Assembly (NCBI RefSeq): GCF_009834535.1
Contig: NC_045697.1
Coordinates: 113,648,001-113,712,000 of the forward strand
Length of the DNA: 64,000 nucleotides
DNA from: Camelus ferus
Lineage: Eukaryota
Direction of reading: 5' to 3'
Of the stretch, positions 1 to 13,191 are shown piece by piece (the stretch's first letter is position 1; every line of letters begins with the position of its first letter). Position numbers and translations under genes: made by a program. Under the pieces are notes generated by a model. It did not search any database. It was not told the DNA's origin and saw only the letters and a list, made by a program, of their open reading frames with translations.

Positions 1-3000
1 TAACTGTTTTAGTAGCTCTTATGATCCTATGTATTTCTGTGGTATCAGTTGTAACTTCTCCTCTTTCACTTCTGATTTCATTTGAGTTCTCTCTTTTTCT
101 TGGTTAGTCTAGCTAAATGTTCGTTGACTTTGTTTATATTTTTAAAGAACCAACTCTTAGTTCCATCAAACTTTTCTATACTTTTTAGTCTTTATAATTT
201 TATTTCCACTCTGATCTTTACTATTTCCTTTTTCTACTAATTTCCTACTAATTCCAGGCTTCATTTGTTTTTTTTCTAGTTTCTTTATGTGTAAAACTAA
301 TGGTTTATTTGGAATTTTTTGTTTGTTTGTTTCTTGAGGTAGGCCTGCATTGCTAAGAACTTCCCTCTTAGAACTGCTTTTGCTGCATTACATCAGTTAT
401 GGTATGTAGTATTTCTGTTTCCATTTATCCCTGAATTTTTAAAATTTCTCCTTAGATTTCTTTAACGACCCCTTGTTTTTTCAGTAGCATCCTTTTTAAT
501 CTCCATGTTTGTGCTTTTTTTCTGTTTTTTTTTTTCCCCTTGTGATTGAATTCTAGCTTCATAACATTGTGATCAGAGAAGATGTTTGATATGATTTCAA
601 TCTTGATTTTATTGAGATTTGTTTTGTGAACTAACACGTAATCTTCCTGGAGAATGTCCCATGTGTCCTTGAGAAGAATGTATACTCTGCTACTGTTTAA
701 CAAAATGATCTGCATATATCTATTAAGTCAGTGTAATCCAATGTATCATTTAACCCACTGACGCCTTACTGATCACTGTCTGGATGATATACCCACTGAT
801 GAAAGTGGAGTATTAACGTTCCCTTACTCTTATTGTATTGCTTTCAGTTTCACTGAATAAGTCTGTTAATATTTGCTTTATGTATCTTGATACGTATCTT
901 GGGTGCATATATATTTATAAATGTTATATCTTCCTGCTGGATTGACCCTTTATCATATTGTAATACCCTTTTGTCTTGTATTTTAGTCTTTGTGTTGAGT
1001 CTTTTTTTTTCTGATATGAGTATAGGTACTCCAGCTTTCTTTTTATTTCCATTTGTTTGGAAGATCTTAATCCATCCTTCACTTTCAGTCTGTGTGTGTC
1101 TTTTCTTCTGAAATGAGTCTCTTGTAGGCAACATATTGATAGGACTGTTTATCCATTCAGGAGCTCTGTGTCTTTTGATTGACACATTTAGTCCATTTAG
1201 ATTTAAATTAATTATTGCTATGTAGGTACTTACTGCTGTTTTAAAAATTGTTTTCTGTATGTTTTTGTAGTTCCTTTCTGTTCCTTTCTTCTCCTCTTTC
1301 TCTCTTCCCTTATGTTTCAATGGTTTTCTTTAATGTCAAGTTTAGATTCCTTTCTCATTTTCTTTTGCACATTTACTCTAAGTTTTTTTTTCCCTTGTGG
1401 TTTCTGTGAGGTTCACGTATAATATTCTGTGTAAATAGTAGTCTGTTTCAAGTTGGTAGTAACTTAAATTTGAACACATTCCAAGGCTATCGTTTTACTC
1501 ACCCTCCCCCTATACTTTATACTTTCAATAACATACGTCACATCTTTTTATTTTATGCATCCCATTAACTAGTTATTGTAATTTAAGTTAATGTTACTAC
1601 TATTTTCTTTTAATCTTCATGCCTGCTTTATAAGTGATTGATCCACTACCTTTATTATGTATTTGCCTTTTCCAGTGAGATTTTTACTATTGTATGTTTC
1701 TTGTTATTAACTAATTCAGCTTAATGACCTCCCTTTAACATTTCTTGTAGGACTGGCTTAGTGATGATGAACTTCTTTAACTTTTGTTCATCTGGGAACC
1801 TCTTGATTGCACCTTCAATTCTGATTGATAACTTTGTGGGGTAGAGAATTCTTGGCTAAAATGTCAGGGGTTTTGTTTCTTTGTTTGTTTGTTTTCCTTT
1901 CAGCTCTTTGAATAAACTATGTCACTCCCTTCTGGCCTGTAAAGATTTTGCTGAAAAATATGCTGAGAGCTTTATGGGGTTTCCTTTATACATAACAAGT
2001 TGTTTTTCTCTTGCTGCTTTTGGGATTCTCTCTTTGTCCTTAACTTTTACCATTTTGGCTATAATGTATCTTGGAGTGTGACTCTTTGGGTTCATCTAAT
2101 TTGGAACTCTGTGCTTCCTGGACTTAGATGCCTGTTTCCTTCCCCAGTTTAAGGAAATTTTCAGCCACTAATTCTTCAAGTAATTTTTCTGGTTCTTTAT
2201 GTCTCTCTTTTCCTCTGGGGCCCCTATAATGTGAAAATTATTTTGGTTGATGCCCCAAAGGTCTGTTAGAGTCATCTTCATTTTCTTGATTCTTTTTTCA
2301 TTTTGTTGCTATGTATGGATCAACTCCATTGTTTTGTCTTCTAGCTCACTGATTTGTTCTTCTACCTCATCCAGTCTGATGTCAAACCCCCCCCCCCAGT
2401 GTATTTTTCAATTGAGTTTTAACTTCTGTTTGGTACTTTCTTATATTTGCTATTTCTTTGTCGAAAATCTCACTGTGTTCATCCATTCTTCTCCCAAGTT
2501 TGGTGAGCATTATTACAACCACTGTTTTGAACACTTTTTGGGTTAGATTTCTTATCTTTGCTTCATTTCATTCTTTTTCTGAAGTTTTGCCTTTCAGTTG
2601 AAACATATTCCTCTGGCTCCTCATAGTGTCTAATTCTTTGCATTTGTTTCAATGTACTACGTAAATCAGCTATTTCTCCCAGTCTTGAGGGGGTGGCCTT
2701 ATTTAGGAGATATTCTGTAGGGTTCAATGTTGCAATCCCATCTGGCCACCAGAGCCAGGCACTCAAATGGTGTCCCCTATGTGGACTATGTTTGTCCTCC
2801 TGTTGTGATGGGTTGTGGCTGCTGCTAAAGCATGCTGGTGGCTTGGGCTGGCCCTGGACCAGCCTCCAGACCTTCCACAAGTCTTTCATGTGTTGGTGGG
2901 CAGGGTTATCCTTCAGCTGGCAGTGCGGTTCGGTTGAGGAACAGAGTGGGTGGGACTCTTACAGGGGTGTATCCATTGGCACTAACAGGCTAAAGAATTT

Positions 3001-3612
3001 AAATGGTACCAACCAGTGCTGATATTAGCAGGTATCCTGAAATAACAAAAGTGTCACCTGCCAGTGTCTCTGTCCCAACTGTTTCCTGCCTCTCCAGCAG
3101 ACACTTCAAGACTAATAATTATGTTCCATCACCTCTGGTCCATGAGTTCTTTAATCTGGTGTTTTGCACTAGTTTTCGAGTCATGTTAGTCTGCATGTGA
3201 GCCCTTTACGAGCAAGTTTTCCATTCCCTTTAGTTCTGTAGATTTCCCAGATGTAGTCACAGGTGGTTTTCAAAGCCAGGTGATTTGGAGACTTGTCTCT
3301 CCTGTGCAGGATCTAGGGATTAGGGAGACTGATGTGATAATTGAATCCCTTACTCCTTAGGGAAAAGATGTGACCTTTTGTGATCCCTGTCAGTTGTGGA
3401 CTCCTGTGTCTGGGATGTGAATTTTTCTGTGACAAGACTATGTCTCTACTTCTCCTGCACATCTTGATGCTGTACTTTTATCCTTTGTTGTGGAGGCTTT
3501 GTTCACCCAGTTTTCAGGTCCCTTTCTGATGTAATTATCCCATACGTCATTGTAGATTTGTTGTGTCCATAGAGGGAGGTGAGTTCAGGATCTTCCTACA
3601 CCACCATCTCTA
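1..3612 (-). mobile_element. LINE-1, 5' portion (5'UTR, decayed ORF1, ORF2 endonuclease region), running off the window start
   Basis: Minus-strand ORFs 850-1320 (..STYIAIINLNLNGLNVSIKRHR..KKAGVPILISEK..GSIQQEDITFINIYAP) and 452-715 (..IEIISNIFSDHNVMKLE..) are frameshifted L1 ORF2 APE-endonuclease sequence. An L1-type 5' end (GAGATGGTGGTGTAGGAAGATCCTGAACTCACCTCC) lies near 3610. It is collinear with the L1 at 29128-33120. Confidence 0.92.
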
Positions 3613-5264
3613 ATTCTCAAACTAGGGATATTCTTAATTTAGATTATGTTTTGCTTTCAGAAATATCTATACTGTCAGGTCCTCTCAAGCCTTTAGTCTA
3701 ATTTTGCCACTTAATTTGTTTTTATGCATTAGATCTTCATTTGTAAGTCAACTCATCACGTTGTCACTTTTTTTTTTATTTCATAGTTAGTAAAGAGAAA
3801 ATACTACTACTTGGAGAGAGAGATGAAATGCTACAGGAAGGTGTTTGAAGATAAAAAAAATCGCTTCTGAAAATAAAATCAGGGATTACTTTTAAGCTAC
3901 TTTTGACTGCCAACCTAAATTTCAAATAGCTTTAGAATGTGGAATAATTAGATCACTTAAAGACAGCAAAGACACTAACCTCAGATAATAAGAACACATC
4001 AGTATATATCTTCACCCTACTGTTGCAGCAGAATGCTTTTAAAAATTCACATTAGCTGTTTGTGAGTCTCTGTGCTATTTCAATAGAATGAGAAACCTTA
4101 CAGAATTAGTAAGGCAATTACCTTATCAGGTTATTATGCTGCTTTCTTTGAATTCCCCAAATCGTTTACATTACAAACCAGGATGGAATATCTTTGTTTT
4201 GGAATTACTTGGCTTCCTAGAGGTTTGAAGGAACATCAGTTTGAGACCAAACAAGTGACTGAGCAACCCATAAAAGTCAAGTAGTTAATATAAGTCACAC
4301 CTGCATCAAACCTCACTAAGGAAGATAAGAGACATCCTAACTCCTGAAGGGGCTGAAGAATGCGCTGGGAATTAAAGATGCTCCTTTTAATACAGTGAAA
4401 TTGATCAAGGTACTCATCAACTAAAATACAAACACATTTAATAAGATATATAAGATAGTATCTAAAACATAGCATTTAGAACATATTCCTTAAACGTCTT
4501 TAGGATTTATATAATAATTTTTATAAGATTACACATCATAGGATCCAGGCATGATTTCTGTGGGATCTTCAATCTCAAGAGGTCTGTTTTCCACAGACAA
4601 ATTTTCACCACCACATTCCTAAGCTGTCATCTAGCCTGTGCCTGAAAACCAACAGTAAGTAGTGATGAAATTGCCAGTTTCACATGTGGGGAAGTCACCC
4701 TGAAAGTTCTTTCTCCTCCTCTCTTTCATAAACTTTCCAAAATACACATATACTTTTTTGGGTAAAATGACATTATTAAAATATTTACCCTAAACTAGAC
4801 AGACAATTTCAGGAAGGCAGAGCCATGTTAAGATTAGCTCGTGCGGTATCCCTGACGGCCAACACAGTGCCTGGCGCATAGTAGACATCCAGGAAGCCGT
4901 CTATGAAACACCTGTTTATTTGCAAATTTGCCAGTTGGTCTTAATTTCGATTTTGAAAAATTTCAAAACAAGTCTCTCTATGGGGGTAGGAATTTGGTCG
5001 ATGGTATTATGGAAGAGACAGCTGATTTTTCTCTGTATTATTTAGGATTAGGTTTTTCTTTGATAAAAACCTTAAATAATAGTAGCATGCAAGAGAACAA
5101 GTTGATTTGTGTCTCAAGAAGTACCCTGGCAGTGCCTAATCACGGGCACCTGCTGTCTCACAATTCCATCCTTACGCCTCATAGAAACCATTATGTGAGC
5201 TTCTCTTCCTAAATTCCTCCTGTGGACAAATTTATTTATACAAGCTTCAGCTACCCTGCTTATG

Positions 5265-5730
5265 TTGTAGCCACCAGAAAAGGGAAAAGAATTATTTTTC
5301 CCTCCTTTAGTACTCTCTAAATTTTAGGCAGAAACATAAATGGCAAGAGGAAGATTATATTCCCTTGGAGCTGGATGTATCCACGTGACTAAGTTTTGGC
5401 CAGCGAGATGTACATGAAGGTGATGTATGCAAATTCTGGGAATTTTCTGAAATAGAGAATCATGCCGGTCTTATTTTCTTTCCCTCTTTTTGCTAGCTAG
5501 AATGATGACGTGAAGGCTGGAGCTGAATCAGCTTTAGGGGCATCCATGGTCACTTAACAGAAGAAACCTTAGTGTCTGATCAGTAGAAAAGAAGAAACCC
5601 AGTTTCATAGCACAGACCAGCACTGGGGACCAACATCTCCAGAATTTACCATGAGAGAAAACTCAGCTTCTTTGTGGTTTACAGAACGGAGGTTTTCTGT
5701 CTCTTGCAATTAAAATCTAATTCAAACAAA
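5265..5730 (+). mobile_element. Old MaLR (MLT1-like) LTR remnant
   Basis: MLT1-like motifs (gtgactaagttttggccagcgagatgt; ctagaatgatgacgtgaaggctggagct; catgagagaaaa). Recognised by eye, boundaries approximate. Confidence 0.4.
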
Positions 5731-6499
5731 TAGATTATCATGTTCCTAGATCTCTCATTATTCCTCCTGGTAAAACATTCATCATTTTTGTAAATGCCTC
5801 GTTTGCTTCGAAAACTTATGTTCATACCAAAACCTGCAGACAAATGTTAATACTAGTTTTATTCATAGTCATTACAAAGTACAAGTAACTCTAGAAAACG
5901 GTGTTCTGACTGGAACCTGTCAGGCTAAAGACAAAAGTAACTGTACATAAACACTAGGCTCAAATTGGAAGATTTGTTCCTCATGGTGATACAGGTTAAC
6001 AATTAAAAAACTGCTTTACATGTAAATGGGAGTTGAACAAGTAAGTAACTTGGTAGTGGGTAGTGGAAGTCAGAGAGGAAAGTTACAGACGAACAAGAAG
6101 ACTAAAATTAGAATAAACCCTGTTTTTCCATTTACCTGGTACTTGATACATCCTTAATGTGGTTGATACAATGATGTGCTTGAATGTTATATTGTTCTCC
6201 TTGAGATTTTAACCTTTTCTTCAACCCTCACAAAAAAGATAATTTCTTTTATTGTTAGTCTTAATTAAATGAGTAGCTATCTGAAAGGATAACATTTATT
6301 TGTATTTTAACAAGCTCTTACTTAATTTTTTGACAGGTTTATTGAGCTTGCTGCTACAACAAGCCATGGACATTTAACAGAAGCACTGGTTTAAACACCT
6401 TGCCATTAGTTTCTAATTTTTTTCTGCCTTAAAACAAAAATTCTCCAAAGAAAAACTCCCATTAAGAAATCTCTTAAGTAAAATAAGAATAAAATGTGC

Positions 6500-6595
6500 T
6501 TTAAAAGAAGAATATGAAAACAAATAATGTGTATATATATGTATGTATGTATCTATATGGATGTCCCAGTGCTGGTCTGTGCTATGAAACTGGGT

Positions 6596-6650
<55 letters not shown>

Positions 6651-6718
6651 GACTGGGATATTATGCTGTATACCAGAAATTGACACATTGTAATTGACTA
6701 TACTTAAAAAAAAAAAAC
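6500..6718 (+). mobile_element. 5'-truncated young L1 3' end with internal (TA)n expansion and poly(A)
   Basis: gactgggatattatgctgtataccagaaattgacacattgtaattgactatactt followed by an A-tract. The same terminal motif recurs at about 9420, 16055, 17930 (minus), 35200, 42785 and 50575. Confidence 0.8.
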
Positions 6719-8164
6719 AACGCAAAAACTCTAATTGCATACCTTCTCTTTCAACATGATTTCATTGCATCCAAAATCATTATCCTATTATTCAGAACTG
6801 TTGCCATTTCAGATCAAGCTTTTATTTATGGCTTATGAGTCCTATTTCTGCATGACCCCTACACCTTTCAACCTTCCCAAATATATCTCCCACCTTCCCA
6901 GATTTCCCATCAGCACAGTCTCTATTTCAGCCGCAACTTTCACAGACTATTCACTGTTTCTATCATCACTCCTCATTTAAGATTGAAATTAATACCACAA
7001 ATCCATGAAAATTCATCTAGTCTGATCTTTTCAGCAAGAACTGATCTGTCTCATTGCTAACTCAGAAGGAAATTTATCTGCTTCTTCAGAAACGTGTTAC
7101 ATTCTACCTCGCAGCCTAGATGTGTGGGGACATGTGTCTGCATGAGCGTTTACATTCTCATCAGAGATTTAGTTCTTCTGCACAACTCTAGCCTAGTGCC
7201 TTGCACAGAGACACACTCAGTAAATATTTTGGACAAAATAACAGTACTTAATGTTATATCATTCTGACTACTCCCTTATTGTGTGGTGCATTTCCTTAAA
7301 ACTTATGAATTAATTCTGCACTTTATTGGTGTGTTCAGTTGTTATTTATCCTGGTAACTGGTTTCAGGTTGCATCATGGTTGTTACGTAAGCAAGGACTG
7401 TGCCTTCCCCTATCAACTCATAAGGAGTATTTGTGTGAAAGAAGAAAGATTATGCTTTATGATAAAATAATTGTGCTCGAAATACCAGTTATATGCTCTA
7501 CCCACAGACCTCCTATGGGAAACTTCCTAGATCTTGATGAAAAGGCAAACTGAAATGACAAGGTGTTTTTATCACATTATCCAAAGCACGTTTCCAAATT
7601 TATAGGCAAATGTGTGTGTAATATATGAGAATTTCTTATCCTACTAAACATATCTGTCTAATTTCCTTTCTTACCCAAGTTCATTTTTTTAAAGATATAT
7701 TTATTGAGCCAGATACAGGCAATCTAACTGTGAATAACATAGTTGTGGTCCTTGGCTTTCTAGAATCTATTGTCTCTGAGGGTGGAAAGTATCTCTTAAA
7801 AAGACAATTACAATATCCTAAGTTTCTGGCTAAGGAAGTTCTGAACATTGGTTCTATGAGAGCAGTTAAGGAGGCAAATAATCCCAGCCTCTGAGATCAA
7901 GGAAGGCTTCCTGAAGAGCCTGTTTAAGTTGTGACCCAAGAACGTTCCCATAGGCTGATGAAAGTGACAATGGCCCATTAGAGGAGTAGAAAGAAGTTCC
8001 GTGTAAATAGAATTTAATTTGTAATGAGGGGCAATAGAAATAAATGAAGTGGGAAAAGTAACCAGGGGTCCGTGAACAATTTCAGAAAGATTAACACAAA
8101 GTTCAAGAGAATTAATACACTACTGTTCGGGGGTTTTTGTTGTTTACGTTTAAAAAACATTGTC

Positions 8165-8168
<4 letters not shown>

Positions 8169-8214
<46 letters not shown>
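8169..8214. repeat. (TA)n microsatellite
   Basis: Direct reading, about 22 units. Confidence 0.95.
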
Positions 8215-8222
<8 letters not shown>

Positions 8223-9239
8223 GCTTAGATAAACTACTTTCATAATTACTGAACCATTGAGTGGGTAACACTTTCCTCCTTTGATTGTTAGGGTCTGCAG
8301 GCAGGGGAATTAACTACCAGCAGAAACTGACAGTTAGATATAATTTTAAAAATAGAGTTGATATCAATTTAGAAAAGAAATAAATGGCATTATATTCTTC
8401 TTATTGCAGCCTAAATGTCTATCAAGTTATGTAAGCTTCAGTATGTCTTATAGGGCTATGCTTTGAACCTAAGTTCTTCATTAAAATGGACTTGAATTCC
8501 AAAATTTAGCAGAGAGGTGATCAAAGGAGACATTGCAATGGGAGAAAATTATCCGAACAGAACTATTTTAATCGGAAAGATCTTGGAGTGTCAGCTAGCA
8601 TCATGGCAATTAACACTGAAGGAGTGGCTTGTCTCAGAAGCACAACATGTTTTGATTAAGCTAACATCAAGGCTACACTCATTTATTTATCCCAGTGGCA
8701 TCTCTGAAGCAGCCGCTACAAGCCAGGCACTATTCTGAGTATTGTGGATATGCAGTGGAGGAAACAGAATGTAACTAACTCTCATGGAGATTGTATTCTA
8801 CAGCAAAAGCAGTCAGAAGTAAATTAATACCTAACGTGATAATTCTTAGTCAAACCAGAAGGATGCTACTTGACATATGGCTGTCGCTGAAGCCTTTACT
8901 AATGTGATAATGGTAGAATAGCATTCTCACTGGAGGGCAAAGAGTGAAAACACCATAAGTTAAAAGTGTGATGCCCAAGAGCATCAAGAAAGCCCAGGTG
9001 GCTGGAGGGAGAGATGGGAAAGGAAGTTAGAAGGATAGATGTGGACCAGAGTAGCAGGGTCATATCCACCCCAGTGAGACAACAGTCCCGATATGGGGGA
9101 GACTCCCCCAAAGGAGTTTACACACCTGCATTTCTCTACATTTCCCTCAGTCTCAATTTTCCACCCCCAAACTCTCAAAATGATCCTTCAGAAAGGATGT
9201 TTCTCCATCTTTTCCTCTTATCAGTATCTTTAAAGCATA

Positions 9240-9475
9240 GTGGGAAGGGATAAATTGGGAGATCGAGACTTACAGATCCTACCTACTGTATATAAAATAG
9301 ATAAACAACAGGTTTCTATTGTATAGCACAGGGAGCTATACTCAATATCTTGTAGTAACTTACTCTGAAAAAGAACGTAGAAAGAAATACATGTATGTAC
9401 ATGTAAGATTGAAACATCGTGCTGTACACCAGAAACTGACACATTGTAAACTGACTATACTTCAGTTTTAAAAAA
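9240..9475 (+). mobile_element. 5'-truncated young L1 3' end
   Basis: gggaagggataaattgggag...gtatagcacagggagctatactcaatatcttg...gctgtacaccagaaactgacacattgtaaactgactatacttc. Homologous to the other copies in the window. Confidence 0.8.
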
Positions 9476-11334
9476 TGTCATGTGTGTTATGTTTATGAGT
9501 GTGTTATTATCTTTTACTTCAAACATGGGATTTTTAAAAAAAGACTTTGGGCACGTTATCATGAAACATGTGTAGATTTCCTAGAGAGGAAGATTTTAAC
9601 TACCCAATGTTAGCAAATTTAATCTCCTTCCATTATAGAGCAAGTAACTTAGGTCTAGATCCTTAAGAATTAATAAAATATCAAACCATATTTCAATAAT
9701 AGTTGATGTCCCTTGGAATAATGAGAAAATGCAGCCTATAATAGCCCCCCTTTATCTTGACTTGGCTTTGCTAATTGACTTTTAATTTAGGGCAGTGTTG
9801 TTTCACTACTAGATGTTTATTATAATCAATTCTTAACTTGAAATAAACCCTTTCAATCAGCATCTTACTTCTCTGCCCTTTTTGCTCACTGAAGTGGCTA
9901 AACTGTATTGCATCTCAGTGATACACCCTCATTATATTTACAACCTTCCTGATTGATTATCAGCACCCATGTAGCACCCTTTGCTCTGACAGACGCTGGG
10001 AAATTAGGTCTAACTCTTCTTCATACTCCCCCATTCATGCCCATGTATTTGAGCTAAGTCCTGGATGCTAGCAACTGAAGAAAGCACAATTTACCCATTT
10101 AATATTTATGTACTTGAAAATTTGTGATGACATCGAGTTCACTTCTAGTCACTCTAACTTGAACAAAAATCAGACAAACATATTTAATATAGTCTTCTCA
10201 AAACATGTATTTTATGTTTCATGGGAAGACTGACTTTCTGTTTGGTAATACAATTGGGGCATTGTTTTTAAATTTGGGAACGATCTGCCCTAAATATAGC
10301 CAATTTTCTTCCCAAGAGGCAATAGTAAGAACTCAATCATTTTTATGAAATTCAATTCAAAAACTATTTCTTGAATGTCTACTCTGTGCCACACTGTGCC
10401 CTGGACTTTTGGGATGGAGCTGGTACAAAAGAAGGTGGAAATTTGGAGGTCACTTTTCCAGCAGTGCAATCGCCATTTCATAAGGCAATGGCATGAGATT
10501 TCTAGAATGTCATACTGAAAAACAGCTTGGGAATGACTCAGAGTATTTGCTTTATAAAATGTTTCTAATTAGATTTTCTCAGCTCTTCTTCAGTCTGACA
10601 AATAGTTTTTGACAAATACCTGACAACTTTTCACTCTCAGCAACAAAGACATTGCACCGGGTCAATTTGACCATGCACTAAAAATGGATGTAGCGGGCAC
10701 AATCCAATCTGCCAGCAATAGTTTAGAAAATCACCAATAGAAGACAGCAGGTGTCATTAGGAAGGGTTACAATGGCGCCCTAACTTGGTGAACAAAGCAT
10801 TAAATAGCCAACATAAAGCCTTCACACTGTATTTTGTGGGGATGAAAGAGGAACCAAATCATCTAAATTAAAGTTGGCCATTCTGGGCTAATTTCACTCC
10901 ACAGCATTACTCTTAATGCAGACCTTTACAATCACCATCTGAAGCTCAAGGTGTCGAGCAGCCCAGAAATGATCCTATAGCTTTAGAGCTAGAAAAGACT
11001 TCAGAGGAATGAGTGTTCAATCTCATAATTTTGCAGAGGACGACGCTGAGACACAGAGGGATTATATGATCATTTTGCAGTCCTGGGCTACCCATTAGCA
11101 AAACTTTAGGTCAAATGTGCACATTCTAATCCTGGTGGCTTGCTCTTTCTATCAAGTTATGCAACTTTCCTATGTCTCCGTAAAGTATTGATCATAAAAT
11201 AAAATACATAACATTGTGCAATATATTTTCTATGTAAACTGATGGCAAAAATTTATCATTCTAGAGTGCAGCTCTCAGGCAGAGGATCATTTGGAATTCA
11301 GGAAGAAGGCAGCGCTTTGTGAGTTGTTTTTTTT

Positions 11335-11760
11335 TAGGTTTGCATTGGCTGGGATTTGTGTTTGACTCTCTGTAATAGAGAACCCAAATAACAATAGCTT
11401 AATCAGGTGAGGGGCTGATATTCTCACATAACAAGGGAGTCCGCAAAAGGGAAGTCTAGTGCCAACAGCATCAATGATTTAGGTCCAATCTGTCTTTCTG
11501 CTCAACCATCCTTAGCATGTGGCTTTGTCCTCACACTTCTTACATAATGATTATAAGTCAGTTGCTCCATTTCCAGCGATGAGTTCTTATTCCAGGCAAG
11601 ATGAACTGAAAAATCAAGGGTGAAATAGTCTTGCCCTGTTTTAAAGAGATTTCAGCAGCGTTTCATCTGACCATTGCATTCTATTGGTCAGGAGTTGATC
11701 ACATGAGCCTCCCATGCACAAGAGCCTTTGGGAATAATTTCTTCACTGGTTGTTTTGTTG
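11335..11760 (-). mobile_element. Old MaLR (MLT1-like) LTR remnant
   Basis: gtaatagagaacccaaataacaatagcttaa...tctcacataac...ctattggtcaggagttgatcacatg resembles MLT1 in reverse orientation. Recognised by eye. Confidence 0.4.
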
Positions 11761-12790
11761 AGAGGTATGAAAATATCTCCAGAATATTCTGTGGTTAAGA
11801 ACAATTTACATTCTTACGCCCTGTGGAATGTCTTCCAATGGGCTGCCTTTTGAATGACAGAGTAATAAATAAAACATACGTAACTGTCATGCATGACAAT
11901 TACAATTAAAATGGGGGGAAAAAGGAAGAGGGGAATGGAGAAGCCAAGTTGCATTTTTAAATAGACTCAGTAATAGTCAAGGAACACTTCGTTGAACAGA
12001 GCTGTTTGTGTAGAGGTCTGAAGTATGAGAAGCGACCCTGGCAAACATTTGGAGAGAAGGATTCTGGGTAGAGACAGCAGCTGCCACAGTGAACCACGCT
12101 TTAGAACTTTAGGGGACAAGGGGAAGAACAGAAAGTTAAGTGAAATAATGTCATTAAAGCAAAACAAAGTTTGCTCTACCATAATGTGATAGTTTCTTTT
12201 TTTTTAAATCATCTCATTTAAAATGATAATTATATATTTGAAAATTCACATTCTAAAACATTTTTCAGTGGAAAAAGGAATCATAGGCAGAGTTTTAAAT
12301 ACACAAAATTTTATTTCCTTTAGCAGGGAATTTTTTGTGATAAATTTGCAGCATAAACAATTTTGAGAGCACAACTGGATTCCAAAGCACTGCTAAGCAA
12401 GGTGCATGTAAAAGGGACAGACTAAAGCAATTAGAATTATTAAAACTATTTTTTTTTAATTTGTTGATAATTTATCTCAAGATTTCAGCACCTTCCTAAA
12501 GGGAGCAAATTCAGAAGCTTATCTGAATTTTTTCTCAAAATAGTCTTCATTGTTCTCATTTCCATCCCATATGCCCTTGGCTGGAATATTTCTTTCCCCA
12601 CATATCTGTGTACCCTGCCCTTCCCTTCGGGCAAGCATCTATCTCAATTGCTTTATTACAATGACAGCAGTATGAAATGCACTGATTATCTCTAATTGTC
12701 TGTGACCACACTTCTATGTGCATGTCTACATGCATACATCTACAGACTGATGGTATTAGTCAGCTCTTCTCAAGGAGATTAAAGTCCCCC

Positions 12791-13191
12791 CTTTGTCAAA
12801 AGGTACAAACTTCCAGTTGTAAACTAAATACATACTGGGGATGTCAAATACACCACAGTGACCATAGTTAACACTGTTGTATGGTACCTTTGAAAATTGC
12901 TGAGAGAGTAAATCCTAGAAGTTCTCATCAGAAGTTAAAAACATGTTTTTTCTTTTGTTTTTGTTTTTTCATTTTGTTATCTATATGAGATGATGGATGT
13001 TAACTAAACTTCTGTGGTAATCATTTTGCAATATGTCAAGCTATTGTGCTGTACACTTTAAAGTTATATGGTGTTGTGTGTCAATTTTTGCTTAACAAAA
13101 CTAAAATAATAAAATAATAATAATAATAACAACAATAACAATAACAATAACAACAACAACAACAACAATAATAATAATAATAATAATAATA
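12791..13191 (+). mobile_element. L1MA-like 3' end with (AAT/AAC)n tail and target-site duplication
   Basis: gtcaaaaggtacaaacttccagttg...gagagtaaatcctagaagttctcatca...gatgatggatgttaacta. The tail has become (AAT/AAC)n. AAAGTCCC flanks both ends (12781-12788 and about 13192-13199). Confidence 0.8.

Noticed and set aside
452..1320. ORFs with L1 endonuclease motifs as an active retrotransposon
   Set aside because: Fragmented by stops and frameshifts. This is a fossil L1.
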